Assembly: GCA_016926705.1 (NCBI GenBank)
Contig: JAFGOC010000134.1
Location: 1-48,705 of the forward strand
Direction: 5' to 3'
From: Dehalococcoidales bacterium
GTDB taxonomy: Bacteria; Chloroflexota; Dehalococcoidia; Dehalococcoidales; RBG-16-60-22
DNA length: 48,705 nucleotides
The notes beneath the pieces are model-generated. The model saw only the letters and a list, made by a program, of their open reading frames with translations. It was not told the origin of the DNA and ran no database searches. Position numbers and translations under genes: made by a program. Shown one piece after another: positions 7,813 through 17,043 of the stretch. Each line of letters starts with the position of its first letter. The first letter of the stretch is position 1.

Positions 7813-8850
7813 TTAAGAAGAGGTATATCGTTCTATTATACTGTTTACAGGGGTATAAGATGGAACCGGTTCGGTGTAAGCCTCAACAGGGGGGAAGCCG
7901 GGCAGATCAGCACTGCCGTCCTCCTGGCCACGCCCGATAGGATTGAATAACGAACGCCCGTATTCAGCCAAACCATAAGTAGCTAGAACATTCTGGACTT
8001 CCTCAGATATCAGCCAGTTTATAAATATATTGGTGATATCAATATTAGTACCCGGGTCGCTTTCCGGATTGATGGCTATAGCCGCGTACACATTGAGGAA
8101 AATCGAATCCTGCTCCACCAGCAGAGTGATATCAAGAGGATTCATTTGTGTGTAAGACAGATATGTCGAGATATCCGCCAGCACGTAAGCATTCATTTCA
8201 TTAGCCATGAGCAGGGTGGGGCCCATGCCCTTGCCGGCCTCAACATACCAGTCGCCAGAGTCCTGGATATCGGTTGCGTAGTCAAACCCAGCATTACTCC
8301 AGATAATTTTTTCCTTGGAGTGGGTACCAGATAAATCGCCGCGTGATACGAATCTTATAGAACCGGGGGCATTCATGCCCGCTTCATAAATTTTCGTAAA
8401 AGCTTCTACCGCGGTACAACCCTTTATACCCGCCGGGTCGTTTTCCGGTCCGGCGATGAGGAAAAAGTTGTAAGCGAAATTCCGTCGATTGATGCCATAA
8501 CCCTCGTCGATGAATTTATCTTCCGCCGCTTTGTCATGCACGATAACAACATCAACATCACCGCGGCGTCCGTATTCCAGAGCAATGCCAGTGCCAGCAT
8601 AAATAATATCCATTTCTACGTTAGCATATTCTTCAAAAAGGGGTTCCAGATAATACCACAGGCCGGAATCATATAGACTGGTAGTCGTGGCTATTTTAAA
8701 TCTTACCAGAGGGTCGTGAATTGAGTAGGACCCGGGTTCTCCGGAAGCTGACTCATCCCTACCACAGCCTGCTACCATTGAGACAAGCCCTGCTACCATT
8801 ACAATAGCCAGTATCACGTTGAAAATTTTACCGGTGGTGACTGCTCTCAT
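7813..8850 (-). CDS. tupA: Tungstate ABC transporter substrate-binding lipoprotein
   Basis: ATTTSLYDSGL, GTGIAL, FVSRGDLSGTHSKE motifs; lipobox VAGC. Confidence 0.9.
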   Translation of the reverse strand: MRAVTTGKIFNVILAIVMVAGLVSMVAGCGRDESASGEPGSYSIHDPLVRFKIATTTSLYDSGLWYYLEPLFEEYANVEMDIIYAGTGIALEYGRRGDVDVVIVHDKAAEDKFIDEGYGINRRNFAYNFFLIAGPENDPAGIKGCTAVEAFTKIYEAGMNAPGSIRFVSRGDLSGTHSKEKIIWSNAGFDYATDIQDSGDWYVEAGKGMGPTLLMANEMNAYVLADISTYLSYTQMNPLDITLLVEQDSIFLNVYAAIAINPESDPGTNIDITNIFINWLISEEVQNVLATYGLAEYGRSLFNPIGRGQEDGSADLPGFPPVEAYTEPVPSYTPVNSIIERYTSS

Positions 8851-8899
8851 TTACCAATCCTCCTTTTGAACATTAATTTTAAAAATTATATCATCATTT

Positions 8900-8922
8900 T
8901 TGTTATAATAGCAATATAACAA
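8900..8922. promoter_or_regulatory. Palindromic operator overlapping the tupA -35 (ModE/TunR-like)
   Basis: TTGTTATA-N7-TATAACAA perfect inverted repeat; tupA extended -10 TGATATAAT on the minus strand at 8885-8893. Confidence 0.5.
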
Positions 8923-9055
8923 GTATATCATATTAGAAAATTGAAAAACCAGCTTTGACGTGGCGTAGGGTATGTGCTAGAATTTTAAGTGAAATTTTCT
9001 CTCGTTCAGCCTAATAATAGGCGATAGTTCTGTTATTGAAGTGAGGGAAGTAAAA

Positions 9056-9814
9056 ATGAATATTAAACAAAAAGTGGCTCTGGTTACCGGGGGTTCGGGC
9101 GGACTGGGCGGTGCGCACTGTCTATCACTGGCCGCCGCTGGTTTTAAGGTTGCCGTAGCTGCCTGCAATCATTTTGATAAAGCCAAGGTGGTGGTGGAAA
9201 AAATCAAGATGATGGGCAATAAGGCGATAGCAGTGAAAATGGACGTGGCGAATATAGATGAGGTAGAGGAAAACATCAGCGAAGTTGAAAAGTCCCTGGG
9301 TCCGGTGGACGTTCTGGTGAATAATGCCGCGACGGGTATCGTGCGGGCAGCAACGATTGTAAAAACCAAAATCCAGGACTGGGCGAACGATATCACCGTC
9401 AACCTGACCGGGCCATTCAACACCATTAAGTGCTGCCTGCCGGGCATGATGGAGCGGGGCTGGGGACGCATTATAAATATTTCTTCAATCGCCGGCAAGA
9501 TGGGCGGGGCAGGGCAGTGCAGTTATGCTACCGCTAAAGCCGGTCTCATCGGTCTGACCAAGACCGTCGCTCTAGAGTCTGCCCGTAAGGGTGTAACCTG
9601 CAATGTTCTGGTGCTCGGCCCCATGGATGCGGGAGCCTTCCATGAAGTAGCCCCCGAATTCCAGGAACGCATCATCAGGACCACGGCGATACGCCGGGCC
9701 GGAACCCCGGAAGAACTTAGCCATATGGTGGTTTTCCTGGCTTCCGAGGAGTCCAGTTATATTACCGGTGAAGCTATAGAAATCAGCGGGGGCGCCGGAC
9801 TTTTCACTTTTTAA
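9056..9814 (+). CDS. SDR oxidoreductase (FabG/acetoacetyl-CoA reductase-like)
   Basis: TGGSGGLG, NNA, YATAK motifs; adjacent to a thiolase. Confidence 0.85.
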   Translation: MNIKQKVALVTGGSGGLGGAHCLSLAAAGFKVAVAACNHFDKAKVVVEKIKMMGNKAIAVKMDVANIDEVEENISEVEKSLGPVDVLVNNAATGIVRAATIVKTKIQDWANDITVNLTGPFNTIKCCLPGMMERGWGRIINISSIAGKMGGAGQCSYATAKAGLIGLTKTVALESARKGVTCNVLVLGPMDAGAFHEVAPEFQERIIRTTAIRRAGTPEELSHMVVFLASEESSYITGEAIEISGGAGLFTF

Positions 9815-9881
9815 ACAATAAACACACGACATTATCAACACCCCCATTATCACCAAAATCCAACATGTAAAGGAGCAATGT

Positions 9882-11153
9882 ATGAACGAGGCTGTAATCG
9901 TTAGCGGTGTCAGGACAGCGATAGGCAATTTCGGAGGGTCGTTACAGGACATTCCGGCAACAAAACTGGGCAGCATCGTAATCCAAGGCACTCTGAAAAA
10001 AGCCGGCCTGAAACCAAAGGGAGATACCAGCTTCGTGCCGGAAGCACTGAAAAACGAAGGCCAAATAGAGCTTGAAAAAAAATATGATACCTGGGACAGC
10101 TCGCTTCAGGGGGTCCTGATAGACGAAGTTATCATGGGCAACGTTATCCAGGCAGGGCAGGGGCAGAACCCCGCCCGCCAGGCAGCTATTTATGCCGGCA
10201 TCCCCAAGGAAGTAAATGCCTATACGGTCAACAAAATATGTGCCTCCGGCATGAAAGCGGTGGCTTTGGCCGCGCAGTCGATCAAAGCCGGTGAGGCTGA
10301 AGTCGTTATCGCGGGGGGCATAGAAAACATGAGCGCTGCCCCGTATTATCTCCCCAAAGCACGCTGGGGGGCCCGGATGTTCAACACCGAGATGGTTGAC
10401 GGCATGGTACAGGACGGACTCTGGGAAATATTTTACAATTATCACATGGGTATGACCTCGGAGAATATAGCGGTTAAATACGGCATTACGCGCGAGGAGC
10501 AGGACGCCTTTGCTCTAGAGAGCAATAACCGTGCCCTGGCGGCCACCAAGAACGGTATTTTCAAGGATGAAATCGTGCCCGTTGAAGTCAGGGTAAAACG
10601 GGAGACGAAGATGTTCGAAGTTGATGAACACCCGCGGGAGACGTCAATGGAGCTGCTGGGCAAGTTGCCCACCGTGTTTAAAGCGGATGGTGCCGTAACC
10701 GCGGGCAATGCCTCGGCGATTACCGATGCCGGCGCCGCTCTGGTAGTAATGTCCGGCCAGAAAGCGAAAGACCTGGGAATTAAGCCAATCGCTTCCATCC
10801 GGGCCTATGCCGCTGGAGCAGTCGACCCGGCTTATATGGGATTGGGCGTTGTACCGGCAACTAAGAAAGTGCTTAAAATGGCCGGTCTAACCCTGAAAGA
10901 TATTGACTACATCGAACTGAATGAAGCCTTTGCTTCCCAATCGATCGGCTGCATCCGCGAACTGGACATCGACATGAGCAAGACAAACCTGCACGGCGGT
11001 GGTATATCACTGGGGCATCCCATAGGTTGCACCGGCGCCAGAATTATCGTCACCTTGATGAACGAAATGAAGCGACGTGACCTGCAGTTAGGCCTGGCGA
11101 CCCTCTGCATCGGCGGCGGGCAGGGCATGGCAATGATTATCGAGAGAAAATAA
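9882..11153 (+). CDS. Acetyl-CoA C-acetyltransferase (thiolase)
   Basis: NKICASG, NEAFA, GHPIGCTG, CIGGGQG. Confidence 0.95.
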   Translation: MNEAVIVSGVRTAIGNFGGSLQDIPATKLGSIVIQGTLKKAGLKPKGDTSFVPEALKNEGQIELEKKYDTWDSSLQGVLIDEVIMGNVIQAGQGQNPARQAAIYAGIPKEVNAYTVNKICASGMKAVALAAQSIKAGEAEVVIAGGIENMSAAPYYLPKARWGARMFNTEMVDGMVQDGLWEIFYNYHMGMTSENIAVKYGITREEQDAFALESNNRALAATKNGIFKDEIVPVEVRVKRETKMFEVDEHPRETSMELLGKLPTVFKADGAVTAGNASAITDAGAALVVMSGQKAKDLGIKPIASIRAYAAGAVDPAYMGLGVVPATKKVLKMAGLTLKDIDYIELNEAFASQSIGCIRELDIDMSKTNLHGGGISLGHPIGCTGARIIVTLMNEMKRRDLQLGLATLCIGGGQGMAMIIERK

Positions 11154-11184
11154 AACCACACCTCAATCTTTAGAATAAAAACAC

Positions 11185-11221
11185 AAACAGGGTGTATCGA
11201 ATATCGATATACCCTGTTTTT
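11185..11221 (+). terminator. Intrinsic terminator after the thiolase
   Basis: Long hairpin aaacagggtgtatcga-ata-tcgatataccctgttt ending in a T run. Confidence 0.7.
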
Positions 11222-11326
11222 ACACACAATATCATTCAAGTATTATACGAATCGGGGATAATATATCCTTTTTAATATTTTTTATGCTAAAATTAGGAAA
11301 CACAGTATTTTCAAGAGGTCGAGTAT

Positions 11327-12325
11327 ATGGCCAAAATCACAGGATGGGGCAAAGGAATCAACAAGAAGAAAGAGATTCCGGAAGAACCTTCCGTTGAGGA
11401 ACCACTAAATATAGAAACGATTACCTGGGGCGACTTAACCTGGGTAAATATAGAAATAGCGACGGAGCGGGAAACCGACTGGCTAGCCGATACTTACCAT
11501 TTCCATCCGCTGGCTCTGGACGACTGTATCAGTCGCAAACAGATTCCCAAAGTAGACGTATTTCCAGGTTATCTTTTCTTCGTTTTCCATTACCCGGTAT
11601 ATGATAAGACTACGCGTATCAGCAGCAAGCGGCAGTGGTCAGCATTCATCGGTGAAAACTACCTGATTACAGTCCACACAGGAGAGTTAAAAACCATCGT
11701 CGCTCTTTTCCGGGACTGCATGGCTAATGAAGAAGCCCGCAAAGAATATATGAGCTCCGGTTCCGGCTTTTTGCTTTACCGCATCCTCGACCGGGCGATA
11801 GACTCTTATTTCCCCGTTCTCAATAAAATACTTAGCCTGATGGAGGATGCTGAAGACGCTGTCTTCGACGAGGATATTGAAGCAGCAAAAGAGTTAAGCA
11901 TACTACGACGGGATATTATTACCCAGCGTTCCGTAATGTTCCCCACGCGCGAAATTTTTAAAGAAATGGAAAACAAACTCAAGCGCTTCAGCAAGACGGA
12001 CGTTACCGCCTACTACAGCGACCTCATGGACCACACCAATAAAATCTGCTCTACCCTGGACGAATGCAAAGAAATAATCGAGGTGTATAAGGACACAGAC
12101 TATACACTGGCAACCAACCGCCTTAACCGGGTAACACGCATTCTCACTATATTTTCCGCTATCATAGTACCTTTCCTGATGGTATCAAGTCTGTACGGGA
12201 TGAATGTTGTTTTACCGGGCGGTCTGGAAGAGGGGAGTTTTCAGACATTCCTGATACTGCTGCTGGTGATGCTTGTTATCGCCGGCAGTATGCTTTTCTA
12301 CTTCCGCCGCCGACACTGGATTTAA
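11327..12325 (+). CDS. corA: Magnesium transporter CorA
   Basis: HPLALDD, YGMN motif, two C-terminal TM helices. Confidence 0.9.
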   Translation: MAKITGWGKGINKKKEIPEEPSVEEPLNIETITWGDLTWVNIEIATERETDWLADTYHFHPLALDDCISRKQIPKVDVFPGYLFFVFHYPVYDKTTRISSKRQWSAFIGENYLITVHTGELKTIVALFRDCMANEEARKEYMSSGSGFLLYRILDRAIDSYFPVLNKILSLMEDAEDAVFDEDIEAAKELSILRRDIITQRSVMFPTREIFKEMENKLKRFSKTDVTAYYSDLMDHTNKICSTLDECKEIIEVYKDTDYTLATNRLNRVTRILTIFSAIIVPFLMVSSLYGMNVVLPGGLEEGSFQTFLILLLVMLVIAGSMLFYFRRRHWI

Positions 12326-12326
12326 A

Positions 12327-13004
12327 ATGAAGATTTCCTACCGTCTGGTGATAATAATTTCTATTTTTATCACCTGCCTCATAACTGCGAATATTATAGC
12401 CGTAAAAGTAATAAGCCTGGGGCCATTCACGCTACCGGCAGCGATTTTTGTTTTTCCCATCAGCTACATTTTCGGCGATATTCTAACGGAGGTTTACGGG
12501 TATCGCGTCGCCAGAAGGGTCATCTGGCTTGGTTTTCTGTGCAACCTGTTATTCGTTTACTTTGCCTGGATAGGGCAGGTATTACCTTCGGCGTCATTCT
12601 GGGGAGGCCAAGGGGCTTACGAAAATATACTAGGCTATACGCCGCGCCTGCTGGCTGCTTCTCTGGGCGGCTATCTGGTCGGAGAATTCGTCAACTCTTT
12701 TATCCTGGCGAAAATGAAAGTCCTGACCGCAGGCCGCTGGCTGTGGAGTCGAACAATCGGTTCGACCATCCTCGGGCAAGGATTTGATACAGCTATTTTC
12801 ATTACCATTGCTTATATCGGCACATCCTCTTCCGTACCGACGATGATTTTACATCACTGGTTTTTCAAGGTCGCTATCGAGGCCATATTCACACCTGTGA
12901 CCTACTTAATCGTCGGCTGGCTGAAACGTAAAGAGGGCATCGATACCTATGACTACCGTACAAAATATAATCCCTTTACACTATATGAAAAGGAGCAGTC
13001 CTAA
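12327..13004 (+). CDS. Queuosine precursor transporter (YhhQ/VUT family)
   Basis: ANIIAVK, FPISYIFGDILTEVYG, W.RTIGST..GQ..DT; ATG at 12327 follows the corA stop. Confidence 0.9.
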   Translation: MKISYRLVIIISIFITCLITANIIAVKVISLGPFTLPAAIFVFPISYIFGDILTEVYGYRVARRVIWLGFLCNLLFVYFAWIGQVLPSASFWGGQGAYENILGYTPRLLAASLGGYLVGEFVNSFILAKMKVLTAGRWLWSRTIGSTILGQGFDTAIFITIAYIGTSSSVPTMILHHWFFKVAIEAIFTPVTYLIVGWLKRKEGIDTYDYRTKYNPFTLYEKEQS

Positions 13005-13774
13005 TGAAAATCCGCATTCTAGGCGGGCATAACATCGAAACAAAGAATACCAGTTGCAACACCATATTAATCGACGATGTCCTGGCAGTGGATGCCGGGG
13101 CCCTTACCGCCAAGCTGTCTTTTAAAGAACAACTGAACCTGAAGGCCATCCTACTTTCTCACCAGCACTACGACCACATCAAGGATATACCGCTACTGGG
13201 AATGAATTTCTACATGCAGGAACAAACACTAGAGATATATACTTTTCGCCACGTTTACGACACCCTGGAAGCACAACTATTTAACAATATTCTATATCCA
13301 GATTTTACCAAGCAGCCGCCCCGAAAACCGTCACTACACGTTAACATAATCGAAATCGGCAAGGCCAACAAGATTGATAAATACAACGTACTTCCCGTCA
13401 AGGTCAATCACTCCGTACCTACGGCAGGCTACCAGATCACATCACAGGATGGCAAAAAGCTTTTCATCACGTCGGACACAGGACCAGGACTTGAAGGGTG
13501 CTGGGAGAAAATATCGCCTAACTTGCTGCTTATCGAAACTACATGTCCGAATAAAGACGAAGACTTCGCCCTGCAGGCGGGGCACCTTACCCCTGCCCTG
13601 CTGCAAAAAGAGCTGGAATCTTTCCTGAAGATTAAGGCTTATCTGCCCCAGATAATCCTCGTGCATGTCAATCCGCTATTTGAAAAAGACATAAAAGACG
13701 AAGTCAGCTTAGTAGAAAGAGCCCTAGGTACTAAAATAAGAATCGGGACCGAGGGGATGCAGCTAAACATATAG
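13004..13774 (+). CDS. MBL-fold metallo-hydrolase (class II cNMP phosphodiesterase-like)
   Basis: SHQHYDHI, VNHSVP, TSDTGP, GHLTP. Confidence 0.8.
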   Translation: MKIRILGGHNIETKNTSCNTILIDDVLAVDAGALTAKLSFKEQLNLKAILLSHQHYDHIKDIPLLGMNFYMQEQTLEIYTFRHVYDTLEAQLFNNILYPDFTKQPPRKPSLHVNIIEIGKANKIDKYNVLPVKVNHSVPTAGYQITSQDGKKLFITSDTGPGLEGCWEKISPNLLLIETTCPNKDEDFALQAGHLTPALLQKELESFLKIKAYLPQIILVHVNPLFEKDIKDEVSLVERALGTKIRIGTEGMQLNI

Positions 13775-13788
13775 TCGGGGGGAAACCG

Positions 13789-14283
13789 ATTAGCGAATTA
13801 CGTTTTATCATCGACCACAATGTAGGCAAGCTGGCCAAGTGGCTGCGGATGATGGGGTACGACAGCCTGTTTTTCACCGGCGAAGACGATTCCCAAATGG
13901 TCAGGCAAGCCCTGGCCGAAAACAGGATATTACTGACCCGCGATACAGGAATCATGAAGAGGAGGGTAGTTGCCAGCGGCCGACTCAAGGCAATCCTGAT
14001 GGAGAGTGAGGAGCCGGAACAGCAGATGCGGCAGCTTGCGGCGGCCATCGACTTAAACAGCGAAGCCCACCCTTTTACCATCTGTCTGGAATGCAACCGG
14101 GAGCTTAAAAACAGGAAGCCGGGGGAAGTCAAGGACAGGGTGCCACCTTACGTTTATAAAACACAGACCCAGTACATGGAGTGCCCGGAATGCCGCCGGA
14201 TTTACTGGCGGGGAACGCACTGGAAGGCGATGCTTAGCAAACTACAACGTATAGTCGGGATTGGAGAAAGCGGGAAGGTCTAG
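13789..14283 (+). CDS. Mut7-C RNase (PIN-like) domain protein with Zn ribbon; probable ATT start
   Basis: The in-frame extension upstream of 13849 reads RFIIDHNVGKLAKWLRMMGYD (Mut7-C N-terminus); also LLTRD, CxxC...CxxC and YWRGTHW. Confidence 0.8.
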   Translation: MSELRFIIDHNVGKLAKWLRMMGYDSLFFTGEDDSQMVRQALAENRILLTRDTGIMKRRVVASGRLKAILMESEEPEQQMRQLAAAIDLNSEAHPFTICLECNRELKNRKPGEVKDRVPPYVYKTQTQYMECPECRRIYWRGTHWKAMLSKLQRIVGIGESGKV

Positions 14284-14294
14284 AAGGGAGCATT

Positions 14295-14888
14295 ATGAAC
14301 GTATATGAAGCGATAAAGAAACGACGCTCCATAAGGCGGTTCAAGGAGAAAGCGGTGCCTGATGAAGCGCTGGAGAAATGCATCGACGCGGCCAGGCTGG
14401 CACCGAGCGGACGCAACCAGCAGGTCTGCGAGTACATCGTAATCAATGACGCGAAAGTGCTGCCAGGAGTATTCGAGAATATAGGCGGGTCGGCGAAGAT
14501 GCCGCCGGACAAGGGCGGGCCGCGACCGGAGCAGGCGCCAAAGGCATACACCATAGTGCTGATTAATAAGAAGCTAGAGGGGGACGCCAACCGGCGCAGG
14601 ATAACGCTTTACGACGTGGGCATGGCGGCGGAGAACATCATACTGACGGCGCTCGAGCAGGGCCTGGGGTGTTGCCCGATACTGATGTTCAACGAGGGCG
14701 ACCTGAAGCTGATACTGGAGATACCGGACGATTACGACATCGCGCTGGTGATAGCGATGGGCTATCCGGACGAGAGCCCCATAGCTGATATATTTAAAGA
14801 TTCAACGAATATCTACGTGGACGAAAAGAACGTGCGGCACGTACCGAAGCGGAAGCTGGCATACATCATCCACAGGAACGGGTTTTAA
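14295..14888 (+). CDS. Nitroreductase family protein
   Basis: RRSIRRF, APSGRNQQ, LGCC, MGYPDE. Confidence 0.9.
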   Translation: MNVYEAIKKRRSIRRFKEKAVPDEALEKCIDAARLAPSGRNQQVCEYIVINDAKVLPGVFENIGGSAKMPPDKGGPRPEQAPKAYTIVLINKKLEGDANRRRITLYDVGMAAENIILTALEQGLGCCPILMFNEGDLKLILEIPDDYDIALVIAMGYPDESPIADIFKDSTNIYVDEKNVRHVPKRKLAYIIHRNGF

Positions 14889-14898
14889 GCACCTTCAT

Positions 14899-14953
14899 CC
14901 CCGTATCAAGTACGGGGCAGGCTCTTGTCTTCCCTCTCACGTCAAGGGAGAGG
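14899..14953. repeat. REP-like palindrome (ccccgtatcaagtacggggcaggctct module plus ..gggagagg)
   Basis: The same 26-bp module recurs at 25259-25284. Confidence 0.7.
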
Positions 14954-15110
14954 TTAAGCAGAAGGGACGGAATTTTATTCGTTTTATTCATTTTGGAGAA
15001 ATTTTTTTTCTTGTTTTAGCTTTGAACCATAGCTGATTTGTTTTTCACATTTCAAGAGTTATGTTTAGTTGTTATGTAAATTTTGGTAAAGGCGAGTGGC
15101 TAGTTGTTAA

Positions 15111-15152
15111 TTAACAGTTCACAGTTAACAGTTCACAGTACATAGTATAGAG
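15111..15152. repeat. 7-nt periodic tandem repeat
   Basis: ttaacag ttcacag ttaacag ttcacag tacatag tatagag. Confidence 0.7.
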
Positions 15153-15218
15153 TAGGCGGGAGAGAAAGTGAAGGGGATTTTGTCGCAATTTGGGGAAGTA
15201 AAAGCGCCCCCCTGCCCT

Positions 15219-15370
15219 GAGATGCTTCGTCCCGATTTCATCGGGACTCCAGCATGACAGGGGAAATAAAATCCCCCTTAATCCCTCCTCCGGCAAGCTT
15301 AAGACAAGTACTATAATAATATGGAGATTGCCATGTCGTCCCGATTTCATCGGGACTCCTTACAATGACA
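15219..15370. repeat. Two REP-like elements GAGAT...cccgatttcatcgggactc...ATGACA
   Basis: Copies at 15219-15259 and 15324-15370; relatives at 21133-21160 and 24462-24500. Confidence 0.75.
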
Positions 15371-15375
15371 GCGTA

Positions 15376-15413
15376 TCTCTTGACCGTAGTTGAGTATATT
15401 GTTACACTCAATG
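15376..15413 (+). promoter_or_regulatory. Sigma70 promoter, copy 1 (upstream of the hydrolase)
   Basis: TTGACC-17 bp-TACACT with extended TG; 34/38 identical to 16984-17021. Confidence 0.7.
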
Positions 15414-15446
15414 GAACGGCGAGGAAGCGAAGGAGGCAACAATAAT

Positions 15447-16877
15447 ATGAGTATTCCTTTCTTCACAAGCAGGGTGAAAAGAATTTTGGTAAATGTCCTC
15501 TGTATAGCCGGGCTGATATTCCTAATTGCCAGTTCCGGCAGCGGCTGCACCGTGGAGTCGACAACCACCACTATCACTACTACTACCACTGCAACTGCTA
15601 CTATCACCAGCACACCTCCTCCCACAGAAAATATTACCTGCCCGGAACTGATATTCAATGACCCGGAGTTTGCTTTCGAGCTGCGGCGTACGCTATCGGG
15701 GGTGTACACCGGCGAAGCTGACCTGGGAGAGTGTCTATACACCGCATCGCGGATTACAGACGGTGATTTGGAAAGCTGGTACCGGGAATGGTACGCAACC
15801 GCCGAACACTTCAAGCAGGCCGGCGATGAGAGCCTGGCAAACGGTCATATCGTAAGCGCCCGCGAAGCATATTACCGGGCGTCAACCTACTACCGCACCG
15901 CCGAATTCTTCCTGCATGGCAATCCCGCCGACCCGCGGATTCTCGAAACCTGGGGTAAAAGCCGGGACACGTTTGTGGCAGCGGCAAGTCGCGACAGGGT
16001 CCCCTTCGAAGTAGTCGAGATACCGTATGAAAATACGACACTGCCAGGATATTTTTACAGCGTCGATGCATCGGTCCAACCACGTCCCCTGCTGATAGTC
16101 CAGACGGGGTTCGACGGCTGCCAGGAGGAGCTGCACCCCTATGCCATGGAAGGCATCAAGCGGGGATATAATGTGCTTACATTCGAAGGTCCCGGGCAGG
16201 GCGCGGTGATACGACTACAGCACCTGCCTTTCCGGCCAGACTGGGAGAACGTGGTAACACCTGTAGTCGATTATGCGATAAATAGACCGGACGTGGACGA
16301 AGACCGCATTGCGTTATGGGGTATCAGCCTCGGCGGCTATCTGGCACCACGGGCGGCCGCTTACGAACACCGGATAGCCGCAATAATCGCAGACGCAGGT
16401 GTATATGATGTAGGCCTCAACCTTTGGCACGGCGCTCAAGAGGTGGGCGGGGAGCTGGCAAAAATGTCACGCCAGGAATTCAAAGAATATCTGCTGACCA
16501 ATCCGCCAGAGTTCAACGATGCAATGGAATCCGTTATGCAGCACAGCACAAGCGAACGGTGGTTCAACGAGCAGGGCATGTATGTCTTCAATACAACATC
16601 AATCGCCCTGTTCTGGGCGAAGTACATGGACTTCACGCTCGAAGGTTCAGTTGAAATGATAAGCTGTCCGGTGCTGGTAGCCTACGCCACAAACGACCAC
16701 TTCGACCCCAAAGGCGAACAGGCAAAGCTGCTCTACGACCATATCAAATCAGAAAAGGAACTCATGGAGTTCACCGAAGAATACGAGACAGATTACCATT
16801 GCCAGATGGGGGCTTTCGCGCAGGCGTTTGCTAAAAAGTTCGACTGGCTGGACGAGACATTAAGCATAAGCTGCTGA
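15447..16877 (+). CDS. Exported alpha/beta hydrolase (FrsA / 2,6-dihydroxypseudooxynicotine hydrolase-like) with Thr-rich linker
   Basis: AGGAGG RBS; hydrophobic N-terminus ending SGC; poly-T linker; TGFDG, EGPGQG, WGISLGG nucleophile elbow, HCQ. Confidence 0.85.
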   Translation: MSIPFFTSRVKRILVNVLCIAGLIFLIASSGSGCTVESTTTTITTTTTATATITSTPPPTENITCPELIFNDPEFAFELRRTLSGVYTGEADLGECLYTASRITDGDLESWYREWYATAEHFKQAGDESLANGHIVSAREAYYRASTYYRTAEFFLHGNPADPRILETWGKSRDTFVAAASRDRVPFEVVEIPYENTTLPGYFYSVDASVQPRPLLIVQTGFDGCQEELHPYAMEGIKRGYNVLTFEGPGQGAVIRLQHLPFRPDWENVVTPVVDYAINRPDVDEDRIALWGISLGGYLAPRAAAYEHRIAAIIADAGVYDVGLNLWHGAQEVGGELAKMSRQEFKEYLLTNPPEFNDAMESVMQHSTSERWFNEQGMYVFNTTSIALFWAKYMDFTLEGSVEMISCPVLVAYATNDHFDPKGEQAKLLYDHIKSEKELMEFTEEYETDYHCQMGAFAQAFAKKFDWLDETLSISC

Positions 16878-16983
16878 CCTCATTAATCCTTCATGAGCAG
16901 TTTGCTCAAAAAGACTCTCTAAATAACTCAAGAGCCTCACTGATTTTCGACTATAGTGCTGTTATTCTCACGATAACGGCAGG

Positions 16984-17021
16984 TCTCTTGACCGTAGTCG
17001 TGAATATTGCTACACTCAATG
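16984..17021 (+). promoter_or_regulatory. Sigma70 promoter, copy 2 (upstream of nnr)
   Basis: TTGACC-17 bp-TACACT; near-identical to 15376-15413. Confidence 0.7.
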
Positions 17022-17043
17022 CATCGGAGCAGTTACAAAAAAG

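Noticed and set aside
12273-12326. preQ1 riboswitch or longer N-terminus for yhhQ
   Set aside because: The region is corA coding sequence; yhhQ starts 1 bp after the corA stop, leaving no leader.
14890-15375. Possible CRISPR array or structured ncRNA
   Set aside because: Repeats are heterogeneous and not regularly spaced, and there are no cas genes; explained by REP-like elements.
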